A stretch of DNA of 63,584 nucleotides, filler included, from Bigelowiella natans CCMP2755 (GCA_000320545.1; 7 parts of 7 records of this genome joined end to end with filler, not necessarily neighbours in it); one strand, 5' to 3'; numbered from the whole stretch's first letter, positions 1 to 12,900 are shown. Program-made: numbers and translations. The notes: generated by a model not told the origin, from the letters alone.

Positions 1-17
1 GGGGGGGGGGGTCTTAC

Positions 18-496
18 TCGTGAGCGCTAGGATTGAAGGCCCTGCACCGCTCAGGTACGCGCAGTGAGCTCCTGCCTCCATCGCAGCTTCGATGACAGGT
101 TTCATGTGACTGAATTGGGCGGATCTCTGTCGGTAGAAGCAGTAGTAGAAGTAGTAGGTGCAGCATGCCGCATCATCAGCACAATGAGCAGCGGCGATGG
201 TAATTGAGATGGTGGGCAGGGGAGGAGGCGGGAGCAGGGAAAGGATAGAAGTAACATACGCCAAAAAAATAAATAGGGCATGATTTTAAGATTGTGCTCT
301 GTCTTTCGTTCGCGCTGAGATGTGGGCAGCGCAACTCTCCGCGCTTATTGTCGATCTTCATTTTCTTCTTCTTCTTCTTCTTCGTCTTCTTTTAGTGAAA
401 CTCTGCCTGGGGTTGGTGCAAGGCATCTTGGGTAGCCCATTGCAGGTCGTAGAGGTTGTTCGTGTTGAGGGCATTAACCTAAGATTGAGAGGGGGG

Positions 497-536
<40 letters not shown>

Positions 537-558
537 GATGAGCACAGAGACGTGAAAA

Positions 559-597
<39 letters not shown>

Positions 598-2260
598 GTT
601 TATATATACATCAGAAACTTATTCCCACACACCATATCCACGGGATTAACTCATGCTGCACGTGCAGTGTTTGTCTGTGCTGCTAATCTTCGGAGCATCC
701 ATTGCATTGTGCATTGGACTGACCAAGAATGATATACGGGAGATATTGTACACTGCTTCCTTGTACGTCAACGTCTCCGGAAGAACAGCTCGAGCGACCT
801 TAAGAATAACAAGAAGACGAGGATGAATCTTATACAGGCACCCAGCTGGCATGTTAGGCGGCAGACGCATGGCACACCGCCACCTCCGCGAAAAGGGAAA
901 TCCAGCATTTGTAAAGCTTTTCAAAATTGGCTGGAGGCTATGCCACAAAATAGGATGCGACCTTGGTTTCCCCAATCGACTCTGGGATGAAGATGATTGC
1001 CTGTAGCCCGTGAGGAGTTTGCACTCGTGAAGAGATCCATCGTTCCCCGTTGTTCATACCCAGCTGGATCCCCCCTGTTATGTTACAGAGCGACAGCAGT
1101 TTCACGTCGCGATACGAAAGGAACAACCCGCACCGCAGCTACGAAGCTTTCCTAGCGGGCATTGCATGAGCACACGAAGGATTATCAACGCCTTATACCG
1201 TATATGGCCGGCGCGACGTTGTCAGGATGCCCCTCGATTTCACAAGCCATTTGTAGAAACGTCTCCGACCCCCATACCGGCACTTCTTTGCCGCTCAAAA
1301 CAAGTCCAGCGAGAAGCCCCGCGACTATTCCGGCTGGAGTGTTGAAGGGATGGCGGTAGGGAAGTTAGGGATGAGTGATGTGAAGCAGTAGATGAGTGGG
1401 GGCTACATGGTAAACAGCTCACTGCAACCGCCACCACCACCACCACCACCTCAGTACAACTACTACTACGACGACGACGACTACGACTACTACGACTACT
1501 ACAACTTCTGCTATATTTCGACGCAAGATTGACGACATCGACAAATTATCGGGGGAAATCCACACATATGCACTCATGTGTATGTTACTAGTGCCAACAG
1601 TTTTACAGTAGAGTAATCGAATTTGCATGGGAACAATTATCACCTGAGGAGGACCCTAGTCCACGTGCGAACGGAATGCGATTATGGCACTTAAAGCGGA
1701 GAGGCGGCATTTCCTCACCTGCGTGCTTAAAGGCTGTCTTTACCCCGAATACGACAAGGTTGGAGTCATCCACAGGGACCTTACCTAAGATGGCAACGTT
1801 TGATGCATGGAGGAGGTTATCGACATCTCTCGCATTCTCCATACCGTGACCCTCGCCTTTGACGTGTATCTCCAGTTTGTCGGAGCGCTCAACGGTCATG
1901 GTGTTCCATACGTTCAGTGCCATACCAATCGTGTCGAAGCCTGCACATGTTCAAAACGGAACGTTTTCAATTCAATTCAAGTGGTACCTAACTGTATCGC
2001 GTCGCCGAGGTCGGCATCGGACACAAAACTGTCGAAATTTCTAAATAACCTGGCCCCATGTTCGCACTAGTAGCAGGCACAGCGACAGTGACTGATTCGC
2101 GAGGGGAGGCATCAGCGAAGCTTCTTTGGTGTTGGCGCAGCAATGACCGCTGCGTCGCAACCCCCCCAAAGATCGTATGCGTCCGTCTTGTTACGGCTCT
2201 CGGTGATGTTGCAGTTGTGATTGTTCGAGCATGTCGAGGAAGTCGAAAGAATCGGTTCAT
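18..2260 (-). CDS. thrB: Homoserine kinase (GHMP family), multi-exon, 3' end runs off the window; N-terminal Arg/Thr/Ser-rich organellar transit-like peptide
   Basis: Spliced translation gives VPATSANMGPG|FDTIGMAL, RIPFARGLGSSSA, EGHPDNVAPAIYGG, DALHQPQR and AYLSGAGPSIL. Approximate exons: 2050-2260, 1845-1940, 1644-1784, 1199-1333, 962-1074, 725-799, 407-478, 18-126. Confidence 0.95.
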
Positions 2261-2399
2261 GATATGTAACCGCGTTTGTTTGGAGGTGGGGGGGGGGGGG
2301 GTGTGAGTGGGTTGATATGTGACGAAAGGAAAACCGGCGTTCTCCAATGGAAAACCGGCGCCAATTCGGATAGTCGACAGCCAACATGCATTTTACTAC

Positions 2400-3145
2400 A
2401 ACGACAAGGCAAACAAAGCCAGAGTTGGCCTTTTCACACACAATTGCAAGCTGGTGCTCACTTGTTCTCCTTTTTTTTTTTTTCATGTGTTCTTCTCCTG
2501 GTGTCGATCGTGTTTCATTCGTTCGTTCATGTTCAAGAGGACGTGGATGAGGGTGAATCAGAGTGTCCCATGACCTTTCCTAGTGACCGCTCCTAGCAAA
2601 CACTTCTTCTCTCTGTCTCGATCTACTTCGAACTCTCTTGGTTCACTTGGCAGAGCTAGAGAGGTCGGTGATCGATGGGTGAAGTGGTGTGTCGGCTTGT
2701 CTCAGTTGCCATGGGTTGTCGGCGATGCCTGTCACTGGCTAGCTCTAGCTTGAGCTCCAGAGCTGGGCACGAGGTTGCAGAGCTGGAGAGCGGACCTTGA
2801 ACAATGACGCACGAAAGTGAACACGTGCAACGCGTTTGCTTCGATCCACCCGCTGCACTGCTAGACTGGCACAGCTAGATCAGATCGATCGATGGCTAGA
2901 TCCACTAGATAGAGATGGCCGTAGCAGCTCATGCTAGCATGGACCACACGACCACACCCCACATTTCACTTCCCTGCTATGTCTGCTTGTCTCGTCCATT
3001 GTGTGTTGCAGCTGTCTAGCTGTGGATGCACACGCACCACTAGACTAGCTAGCTAGCTAGCGCTGGAGCGCGCACAGCTGCAACTTCGATCTTTTTGTGC
3101 AAATCTGCAAAGTGATAGACTAGCTAGCTAGGTCACAACATCCAT
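2400..3145. other. TpA-depleted, CTAG-enriched intergenic island
   Basis: Hand count: about 19 CTAG, 5 CTAN/NTAG, and no TpA lacking both a 5' C and a 3' G. CpG is present. Confidence 0.9.
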
Positions 3146-3818
3146 CTTACGCACGAAAGCGAAAAATGTGCACATCTAGACATTCATGTTTCTGGGGCTT
3201 AGCTAGTTCGATTGGTGGCTTCGTAATCTCGCGAGTCATCGCATCAAGCAAGCAATGCAAAGTGACCAGACGACGATGTGGTGAGCCGGGTCCGCGACTA
3301 ACACATACAGGCGCAGGATACGATAATTTCATGTGGTGGTGCTGGAAATATTCACAGTGCTAAATCTTGAGATCTGGATGTCATTTATTGCATGATAACA
3401 CGCTAGCTATGTGAATGCATATTTTAGATGATTCGATCCATATTATTCTCCGAATCACATATAATAAATCAATTATTCATACTATTCTATTATTTCTTGC
3501 TAAATATTTTGGTTTAAGTAGTTATTAGTCGCTCGAACAGAAAGCTGGGTACGACCTATTATCTTAGTGTCTCTATGAGCATTGTAAGACGTTATACTGT
3601 GACACACTGCCGATGCATCAACCAAACATGTTTGAGATTTCCATGATAAGTCTCTCAGTTCTCAGATACGAACTTATGTTGTCTCGTTCCGAACAAAAGC
3701 ATTTGCTTGATTATACGGTACAGAGAAGATCGGGACAGGCTTCCATTTTCGGATTGTAATACATCACATATTTAGAAAGGTTTTTCAAATATATTCGACA
3801 TATTTAACTTACTTATAT

Positions 3819-5185
3819 CTAAAAGAGCTTTTTACTGAGAGACGGGATGAGAGAACCTTTAACTGACTCGATAAATTCAACTTGATAATGTTTAATTACC
3901 ATAGAGTGTCTAGGAAGACTATCAATATCAAAAGTGCCACCGGTTTCTTGTTTCTTAGCTTCCTCGTATATCTTCTTTACAACTTTGACGCACTTCGGGA
4001 TATCTTGAGGTTGCAAGGAATAATTTACCAGTGTCTGATACTGCTTGGATCCAGGACGGATGGGATTTCCCGTTTCCTTAGAGGCAACTAATATTGCGGC
4101 TGCAGCAACCGTAGATGGAAGGTGGCATGCGAACATGGTACTATGCATAGTTAAATCGATAAAGTAATGCGCAAAGAGTGCTGTAAGTCTACTACAGCTC
4201 TTGCCTAATTTCGACAGAATTTCCTCCGTGGCCTATCATTATAAGGTAATAGTTTTTAGGAATAGAATAAATTATTTGTATTTTTATCCTGCTTCTACCT
4301 TTTTCGGAGTGAATACGCAAACTTTGAAGTCTAGAGTTTTCAGAATGTTTGCAGTCATAGATGTAACTTCTTCAGGAGAGTACGCATTATCAGTGTAGTA
4401 TGCGAAGCGCTTTGAATCTAGCTCAAGCTGAATTAAAAAAACAAAAATAAATTAAATAATAGCGAAGATATTTAACAGTTAGGAAATACCTTTCGCATCT
4501 CATTATCGCTAAGTAGGCACGATACTGCAACTTGATAGCAGCTAACGCCGACCAGCTGAAGTCTCGATCTTGACACATTTTGCGTGATAGACATGTATCG
4601 ATAGAGATATTTCACCGCAAGATGTATTGGCCCTAGAGGATCTTTGCAGAGGAGACGGCGGTTTTCTTTGGTGAACAGTTCGAAATGCAACTCAACTAGC
4701 CAGTTGCAAAGGATGGGGAAGAAGGATTGTCGCAAGTTGCTGTGACGAGAAAGCCACTGCTCCGTTTTGTACAAAATCTCATTTCTTCGACGCTGGAAAA
4801 GCTTACGAAAGTTGGTGTCTGTAGGATGGGATACTTGCTGCATCTCAGCGGAGTTCAACGGGCGGAAAACCATCAGCTGCCAAAGCTTTTGGTTCTCGTA
4901 AAGCTTTTTACACGTCGACATGAATGCAAGAGAATCTTCTTCATTCAAAAAGTACAGGACGCTTTTCGTAGATCGAACATTTAAAACAGAATTTATGTCG
5001 ACTTGTTTTCTCGTTATCATTTGCTTCGTGTTGAGGCATTGGCGCTTTGCAGGGCCTTGGGAGGGGGAAGCTTTTGGAGTGGCCAGCTGCTTCGTAGTTC
5101 GCCTCTCGGGGGGGATGTTTATTATATGCGTTATATTTCCAAACATATATCGTCGCTTCCCCGATCTGGTGCTAGTAAAGGACAT
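3819..5185 (-). CDS. Cyclin (N and C boxes) with upstream D-box-like and F-box-like segments; 3 exons
   Basis: ILCNWLVELH, SRSRLQLVGVSC, FAYYTDNAYSPEEV and LPSTVAAAAI. Exons about 4490-5185, 4299-4427, 3819-4232, with GT-AG introns. Confidence 0.9.
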
Positions 5186-6479
5186 CGTTCTGTCGAGTCT
5201 AGGAAGAGGGAGGGAGGGAAGGCGGTGAGTGAGCACTGCTCTCTTACTATCAAATACAATTTTCAGACAGTAGCTGCTAAACCGAACTTACTTTTCTTAA
5301 TTAAAAGGGTAAATGGATTTATACTTATTACCTACGACAACATCTTACTGCTGAAAATAGAAAGATTATGGGGACAACTGCAGCGTTGTGTAAACAACGG
5401 ATTGAACTTATTGCTGGCCCGCTGGAATGCAGGTGGATTTCTCAGAATTTTAAAATTATTGAGTCCAAATTTACTAGTATTGTCTTTCATTTTGTGAATT
5501 ATTAAGTAATCCCGGAACATCAGCTTTTCCCCAACCGATCCTTCTCTTTTACGATACACTCGCAAGAGAGCCTAACAGTAAAAAATGTACTGGTAAAAAG
5601 AGACCCGAAGAGAGTCAAGCTTTGTTTTGATTTAACTGATTTGACTCAACGGCGGAGCCGATATTTTACCGTAATTATTCGCTTTCTACACCGTTGCATC
5701 CCTGAAGTGACTGAATTGGCCTGCATATCACTTCTGAAATCCTCTTTCTTCAAAAAATAATTTTGGCCGAGGCAAACGGTCACAAATTACAGCGGTTAAC
5801 ACCGTAAATCGAGCAAACCTGGTAAAAAATCACGTGAGTTTATGATTTTTTTGCGGAAGAACTTTATTTTTCGTTACGTCTACAACGGAAGCAGGGAAAA
5901 AGTTTTGCGTGCTCATTCTTCGGGGTTTTATTCGGGACAACTTCTAAAAGTCTTACGCTATAGGTTCATCCAGATTTCCAGAAAATGCTCCATTCCGTAT
6001 CAAACTGATTGCTTCTTCAACGAAAACGGGTAAGAAATAACCCCATATCTGACTAAGGATTGTCTAAAAATATCGAGAGCTTCGCATAATAGTTGCCTTA
6101 ACGACTTTTGTCTGCAACGACTACAGCGACAACAATCTGCACAACAACATATGCTTACCAGATAAGAAACACAGCACAATTGTACAACGTGAAAATTGCA
6201 ACGGCGCAAAATAGGATGAGTATTTTATATTGCGCCAATAGATATTATCTTAAATTAGTATTAAATAGGGTTATCGTCGATCTATTCTAGAGAGGATAAA
6301 CTCTTTTACCTCGCACCCAGCAGTGCATCGGCGTTCACCCCGACCTTTGTCGGCGTTAGCATCATCCTTCGAGTCGGATTCCTTCTTGCCTACATAGTGG
6401 CACTTGTTGCCCCTCTATCGCAGATTGATGTTCATCGAACTCTCTTGCTGAGGGGTGGCAGAGGGGGCATTAACAGGCG

Positions 6480-6889
6480 ATGGAAGAAGGTCTGTGTGCG
6501 CGGTATCTAGCCAGCATCGGCTGTTCTTGGATGAGCGAATCCTTTGCATGCCGGTTAATGGGACCTGTAGAAGAACACAATTGCAAAGATGATGATAAGT
6601 ACCGAAAGAAGCAACAAAAATATATTCGTTCTTTGTGTGCGGGTCAGGTCCAAGCCAGGGCTGAACATGAGGAAAACTTTAAACACAGGTGAGCAACGCA
6701 TCGGCAGATGATACTATTTTTGATGTTACACCTGAACCAGTTGATCTTATGCCTTGCATCACCAACACTACTTTGAACAACAGTTTCATCTTGATAGGTT
6801 GCGTAAGAAATTAAAATCAATGAGCATCCCTGTTCCAGATTCAATAGCTCCGAAGCAGGTTGTGTATCTACATTTTCACCTAAGAACTG

Positions 6890-6935
<46 letters not shown>

Positions 6936-7739
6936 GTGTGTGTGTGTGTGTGTGCGTTTGTGTGCAAATTTTTTCATCCTAATCACTTTCAGATTGGAGA
7001 CCACAATTTTTTGTTTATTCACATATAACAGATTGACAGGAACGGATTGTATCATTACACGAAACGCTGGTAAGATGCGCGGCAACTCAGTATTTTGCTT
7101 TTTAAAAAACACACCCATTTCCACCTGCAAGGTCTGAGCGGAAGGCCCGCCACGAGGACAGCACATCGGCTTCCAAAAATAGAAGGGTAGTTCCATAAAC
7201 CGCTACTACCGATTGCCCCCAAAGGCGAGAGAAGGCGGGGGGGAATAAAAAAAAATAACTCAAGTAACCTTCGATCATCGGCGTATATAATCCTTTGACT
7301 CAGGAGGCGAAGGACATTCTTGGTAAGGAAAAGCGTCATCAGAAAATGTTTTCCACATTGATCAAGAGAAGGGTATTCCATTTTCGACTTGCCAACATTT
7401 CAGTTCGCTCTGACACACCACTCGACGACTGTGTTCCGCAGAGACAAGCGAAGCTTGAGAAGAAAACGAGGTACTGTTGGCCGCAGCATGGATTGCTCAT
7501 CTGAACGTCCACAACCTCGTTTTTCCACACATTTTTTGGCTATCTATCGCAGGAGATCTATCAAGCTGAAAAAGCGGGTCAAGGGGAAGATTGGAGCCCT
7601 CCTGAGGAGAGGTACATTGACCGTTCCTTTCACCGAATATCAGCTAATAAATAGCATGCACGAATCTACTATAAACACAGGCATGGACCCCAAGGAGTAC
7701 AAGAGCAGAAGGGCAAGAAAATTGAAGGGAAGGAGGTAG
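6480..7739 (+). CDS. Probable multi-exon hypothetical protein (basic, Lys/Arg-rich)
   Basis: Successive coding-like segments bounded by AG/GT (e.g. EAKDILGKEKRHQKMFSTLIKRR; terminal exon ending at 7739). No recognisable domain. Confidence 0.35.
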
Positions 7740-7959
7740 TAGCTCTGAGAAAACGTCACCCAACCGACGGAGCCAAGTTGCAGCCCAGAATTTATTTGCG
7801 GGATGAAAGCTACTCATGGCATAATAACCGCTGCGGAGACTTTCCATACTGTCTACTGTAGGAAGGCATATTCTCGTGTAATCCTATGAAGCGAGATTGG
7901 CTACTGCTTGGGCAGCATACCGCTTGCGAATGTAAACTCCCCCCTCATCATCGTTCGCA

Positions 7960-8390
7960 TGAATGAAAACGAGGAGCGATTGACTGCTGCTTTTAAAGTG
8001 CAGTGTCAGATGCGTCCACTGTCTAGACTAGCAATGCAATGTGGTGAATGATCGAGAACGCTGACTAATGGTTTGCGCCTGCTGTAGGGCATTAACAACA
8101 AAGCGCTAAATGCTGTGTGCGAGTGTGACTTGTAAGCGAGATTGTTGCGTTAGCTGTCGAGCGGGACAGCAGTCAGCTGCGTCGATTACCATGCATTGAC
8201 AGCTAAAGACATGCGCTAATATGCTGCAGATCACAATACACGACCAGACGTGCGCAGTATCCACGAATCTGCTACGTCAAATTGTATATGTACCGCACAG
8301 CTAATTGGCCTGCCGGCAGAATTCTTCGATTCATGCGCCGCATTGCGAGCGTCATCTAAGTGCACGCGGTCTGTTGTGCCTTGCTCTAAC
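7960..8390. other. Partially TpA-depleted island
   Basis: TGC/GCA/TGTG-rich with reduced TpA, but residual TAA/TTA sites remain. Confidence 0.4.
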
Positions 8391-8500
8391 AAAGAATATA
8401 TCATTATGTCCTAAAGATGGTTGAACGTAGTAGAGTAGTAGTAGTAGTAGTTAGGAGCAGTAGTCGTCGATCGTGCAACAATATTGGCGACAGACCATAG

Positions 8501-8557
<57 letters not shown>

Positions 8558-8911
8558 CATATGTATATGTGCATCGCTAGAAGGTTTGATTTCTTCTCCT
8601 TCGTGCCCTTGCCCTTCTTCGAGAGTTCCTCCACCCGCTTCCCAATGCTAGCGAACTGCCTCGGCCAGCGGGCGTTGTATAGGAACTGCCGCAGATCGTA
8701 ACGGTTGTCATCATGGGAATAGTTCTCTGTGCAGACCAAATTAAAAGAAGAACATCCATATGAGAGAAGCAGCCGGATGGGTGATGTGAGGACAGACCGG
8801 CGCCAACGCCGTGTGTGCTCGCGCGATTGTATATTCTCCCTCCTCACCAACTGTCCTGTGATATGAGATGTGTGTGTGGGGAGCGGTGACGACGCGCGAC
8901 ACACGAGTAAT

Positions 8912-9011
8912 NNNNNNNNNNNNNNNNNNNNNNNNNNNNNNNNNNNNNNNNNNNNTTAATTAATTAANNNNNNNNNNNNNNNNNNNNNNNNNNNNNNNNN
9001 NNNNNNNNNNN
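8912..9011. other. Artificial contig-join linker (N44-TTAATTAATTAA-N44)
   Basis: The same 100-nt structure occurs six times; the 12-mer places stops in all six frames. Confidence 0.98.
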
Positions 9012-9025
9012 TACTAGTAAGACTT

Positions 9026-9309
9026 TGGTGATAAAGAAAACGCTTCTCGACAGTGCAGAGTAGTGCGTAGAAATTAGCCGATGGTGATCTCGCCAATAGT
9101 TGATGCCATGCACTTGTTATATCAAGGCGGGTCAGGGGGTTCACTATTGTTACAAAAACCAAAAAATCGTTGATCTTAGCAAGAAGAAAAGTGAATAAAA
9201 TGACAAGCCTTGATATAACAAGTGCATGGCATCAACTATTGGCGAGATCACCATCGGCTAATTTCTACGCACTACTCTGCACTGTCGAGAAGCGTTTTCT
9301 TTATCACCA
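9026..9309. repeat. Perfect 103-bp inverted repeat (9026-9128 / 9207-9309) with 78-bp spacer
   Basis: The arms are exact reverse complements; the peptide LDITSAWHQLLARSPSANFYALLCTVEKRFLYH appears on both strands in the ORF track. Confidence 0.95.
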
Positions 9310-9504
9310 TCAGGCTCTGTGCAAGGAAGAACAACAACGCTTATATGATATGGAGGAGAAACAATAGGCATGGAGTACCAGGTAAGGGAGGAGAAGATAT
9401 CTAACGTATCGCGCACACACAAGCCAAAAAGTAGATGTTGATTCACATGGAATGTACGCCCTAAGTGTGTCTTTTTGAAGTTATGTTTCAACGCGTTGGC
9501 AATA

Positions 9505-9699
9505 CTTTAAAGTCCGTGTGTGCTAGTTTCTTGACTTCAGCCGTCTCCTTCGCATATCTATCAGGATGAACCACTTTGGCCAGTCGAAGCCACGCAGAAC
9601 GAAGCTGATACGGCGGATAAAATGAAGTAACCCGCACGCTCTTCGCTACGTGCGACTCTGTGTGTAATGCGTATGTGTGCGCGTGTGCGTGTGCATGTG

Positions 9700-9749
<50 letters not shown>

Positions 9750-10360
9750 CGTGCGTGCGCGTGTGTGTGTTTGAGTGTGAGTCTCTTGTACCTGCGAAGA
9801 AGTTGCATACTTGCTCACACCTAAAACATGATAAAAACCATTCGGCGATTTCCCGGCCAAAGTGGCATTAATGTCCCCAGGTTGGTAGCTGCATATGACT
9901 CCGGATCTGTTGTAAACTCCATCTCCACTGGGTTCGTCACATCTCGCTCTTTCAGTGTCACCTGAGACCGAATTCACATAGAAAATATGGCTGCTGGATG
10001 TGTATTTGATCGATATAACTGGAAGAGGTCGACTCTGATTCGCTGCCCCTCAGGTGTTGCCGTCAGCATCGTATGTATGAGTGTTTTCAGGAACCTCAAA
10101 AATTTTATGTTACTGTAAAATGCGTGGGATAATTTCTGATATCCTAACTGTTAATGATAGCCAGCTTCTGCCTCTCGTCCTCCTCGTCCTCCTCGTCTGT
10201 AATATCATCACTGTTTGCATCGTCGTCGTTTCCAGCAGCGCTGTTGGAGAGTATGGCCCCTCCGAACCCAAGGCTCGAATAAGACCTGATGAAATAGTTG
10301 CATAAGTCCCAGTCTTTTTCTTCTTCTATGCGTCTGTGCACTGCATTGTTTTTTGTCATA
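9505..10360 (-). CDS. J-domain (DnaJ/Hsp40-type) protein, gene model incomplete
   Basis: GFYHVLGVSKYATSSQ|LRSAWLRLAKVVHPDR...AHTDFK contains the HPD motif, split by a (TG)n-containing intron; upstream exon is acidic. Confidence 0.6.
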
Positions 10361-11194
10361 CTCCGTTGATGACGATGGATCTTGCGGGGCAGAATCCCTC
10401 TCGCATGAGCCTATTTTGCCTTTTAGCTTCCTACATGATTCATGAAATCGTCGATCAATTCAACAAACACGCATAAAACGCTCGCATGAAGCCGGGTCGT
10501 CTACGTGCAAACTGTGTGTGTTGCACGTGAGCAGAACATGGACATTTCGGACTTAGTGAACCCCCTTTCCACTCCCTATTAACATCGTACGATTTAACGC
10601 TTAAAATATCATTGAATAACCGGATTTGCGACGGAGGAAAGGCTATGATGAAGAGGGAAAGAGGCAGGAGACACTGGGCAGCTCGCCGGCGGGCGGGCGC
10701 CATTCCGGCCTGTGTGAAGTACAGATTTCAGGGATTCAACATCGGCCTTGCAATGCAGTTCGAACTTCGAACTTCGACAAAAACAAGAGAATACATGTAT
10801 TTCAGGGACGGTATGGTTGATGAAAACCTGGAATTTTCGCCCAAAAATGATCAACTATTTTTTCGATGTTACACCCCGGCCGAAATCGGCAGGTTTTGTC
10901 GTAGATGAGAGCTATATTTAGTGCAAATGTAGGCGGATTGTTAGGCCTATATGAAGAGCTGGTACCCTACCATTCGTTTCTCGCTCTTCAAGGACATGGA
11001 AGATATGGGTTTGTGCTATGTCTAGGTTCAATTCTTCCATTTGATCCGGATTTATGGATGTTAGCCATGACGCATAATATAATTACTATGTTATTTCGTT
11101 AGATTTTGTATTCAAAATGTGTTACGAAGATTCTTAATCCGTCTTCCAGGCACTAAATATCGCGCAACCCCCCACAATCCAAAAGCCTACGAAG

Positions 11195-11605
11195 ATGTTG
11201 AAACTCCTTGCTTCCCTCGCTGCCTTCTCCGCTGTCTCCTTCGGACACAACGTGAACAACGAGCCTCAGCTCGTCAAGCTTCACCCTAACTTCGTTGCTG
11301 ATTACCTCAACGCTACCACCCACTACGGTGACCCAAAGGCGGGCTGCGAGTCTGATGAAATCGCTGTTCAGATCCAGGGTGTCCAGGGAGACTTCTGCAC
11401 TCCTGCTTGCTCCCTTGTCAAGAAGTGCCCAACTGATGTTCCAGAAGGAGTTACTGCTACCCCTCAGTGCGCTCTCTCTGCATCCAGCGGTGGAAAGTAC
11501 TGCGCTCTCATCTGCAGCCCAAGCAGCAAGGATGATGCTCAGTGCGGAACCAACGCATCTTGCAAGGCCATCTCTGGAGTTGGCATCTGCACTTACGATG
11601 ATTAG
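11195..11605 (+). CDS. Secreted small cysteine-rich protein, intronless
   Basis: 136-aa ORF with signal peptide (MLKLLASLAAFSAVSFG) and 10 Cys. The THYGDP..GC..DE..VQIQGV.G.FC.P.C / PQCAL / CALIC pattern resembles a Cys-rich module I recall from other marine protists. Confidence 0.85.
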   Translation: MLKLLASLAAFSAVSFGHNVNNEPQLVKLHPNFVADYLNATTHYGDPKAGCESDEIAVQIQGVQGDFCTPACSLVKKCPTDVPEGVTATPQCALSASSGGKYCALICSPSSKDDAQCGTNASCKAISGVGICTYDD

Positions 11606-11799
11606 ATAACTTTCAGTCTGCACTTCGAGAACATGACGGCAAAACAGACAGAAATGTAAATGTATGTCGGTACTGGTTAGTAAGGGTTCATACCGCCAAC
11701 GAACTTAATAGCTCGGAAGGCAATTGCCCAACCTAATAAAACATCTTCTTATGGTAAACTCTTTGCAATGGTGCAGTCATATGGTCATACATGAACTAT

Positions 11800-12900
11800 A
11801 TTTTTAGCGGTCATCTGCGCTTGCGCGACTTGCGAAGGATCCGAACTGCAATGGTGAATCCAATGGTAGCAAGAATTACTCGATCACCGTATGTGTCTAG
11901 TAGTGTTCACTGCCTAGCAAGAAGCTAGCTAGAGCAGAAGCCAATGCTACAGAATGCAAAATGTCGCACGTGCCAGACTTTGACATGCAGACAACTACAA
12001 CTACATGAATCATGGCAAGATCTGCTACGCTGTGTAGGCATGGCGGTCCATCTATCTATCTAGCTATCTAGCTATCGATCGCATCTGTACGCGATACGTA
12101 GAACTGCACAAAGCTAGCCAGGTCGATCTACTAGTTATCTAGAGCAGACACATGTACGTATCGTACGTTGCGTTGATCGAAGCTGCTAGACTGTATATGT
12201 GTCGTGTTTAGCTACATGTACCTGCGCTATGGCATGCTAGCATGCAGCGACACATCGTACGCACGCTACCTAGCTACGTACGCATGCATGCGATGCATAG
12301 CTCTACTAGCTAGAGCTAGATACGATATCGCATCATGTAGCCTAGAAGACTAGGCCAGCTGCCATATTGCTAGATTATAGATTGTACGTTGCTAGGTTGC
12401 GCATCGTACACAGGCTGGCAGGCTAGCTCTAGAGCTAGCAGGGCGTACCACATGTAGCGCATCAAATCGCGCTTGTGTAGGACGGCCAGGCGAGTGTGCA
12501 TGCATTTGTTCTAGCATTGCTAGCTAGCTAGATTGCATTGCTGCGCTTGATCGAGATTAGATACGTGCGGTGCATGCATGCGTTCGCATCGCAGCTACAG
12601 TGGCCGGCACTGCTAGCTCAGTGGCCAGCACTGCTAGCTCAGACAGGGTAGCGTAATGCATAAACTAACAAAGATCCTCACACGGCACGCTACGCATACC
12701 TAGATACGTGCGTACATGGGTACCATGCTTAGACTTGTAGACACATCTAGACATTACCGCATTATTGTTACCTGAAATTGCACGGCCATATGCTCTGGCG
12801 CTGCAAGCTCTGAGCACGGCACAGCTATAGATAGGCACGCATTTAGCTAGTTGGTGCACACATGCTCTCGGCTTCTCCAACATAATAATGTTCGATTTAG
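11800..12900. other. CTAG/CATG/TGCA-rich intergenic island, only partly TpA-depleted; includes a 21-bp tandem duplication at about 12598-12642
   Basis: Dense CTAG and GCTAGC with residual GTAC/TACG sites; cagtggccRgcactgctagct occurs twice. Confidence 0.8.

Noticed and set aside
8577-8830. Possible terminal exon on the minus strand
   Set aside because: Coding-like but truncated by the gap; reading frame and identity cannot be fixed.
8912-9011. TTAATTAATTAA motif recurring six times
   Set aside because: Always centred in N44 padding; an artificial contig linker.
11153-11623. 156-aa antisense ORF over the Cys-rich gene
   Set aside because: Shadow of a codon-biased sense gene; no independent features.
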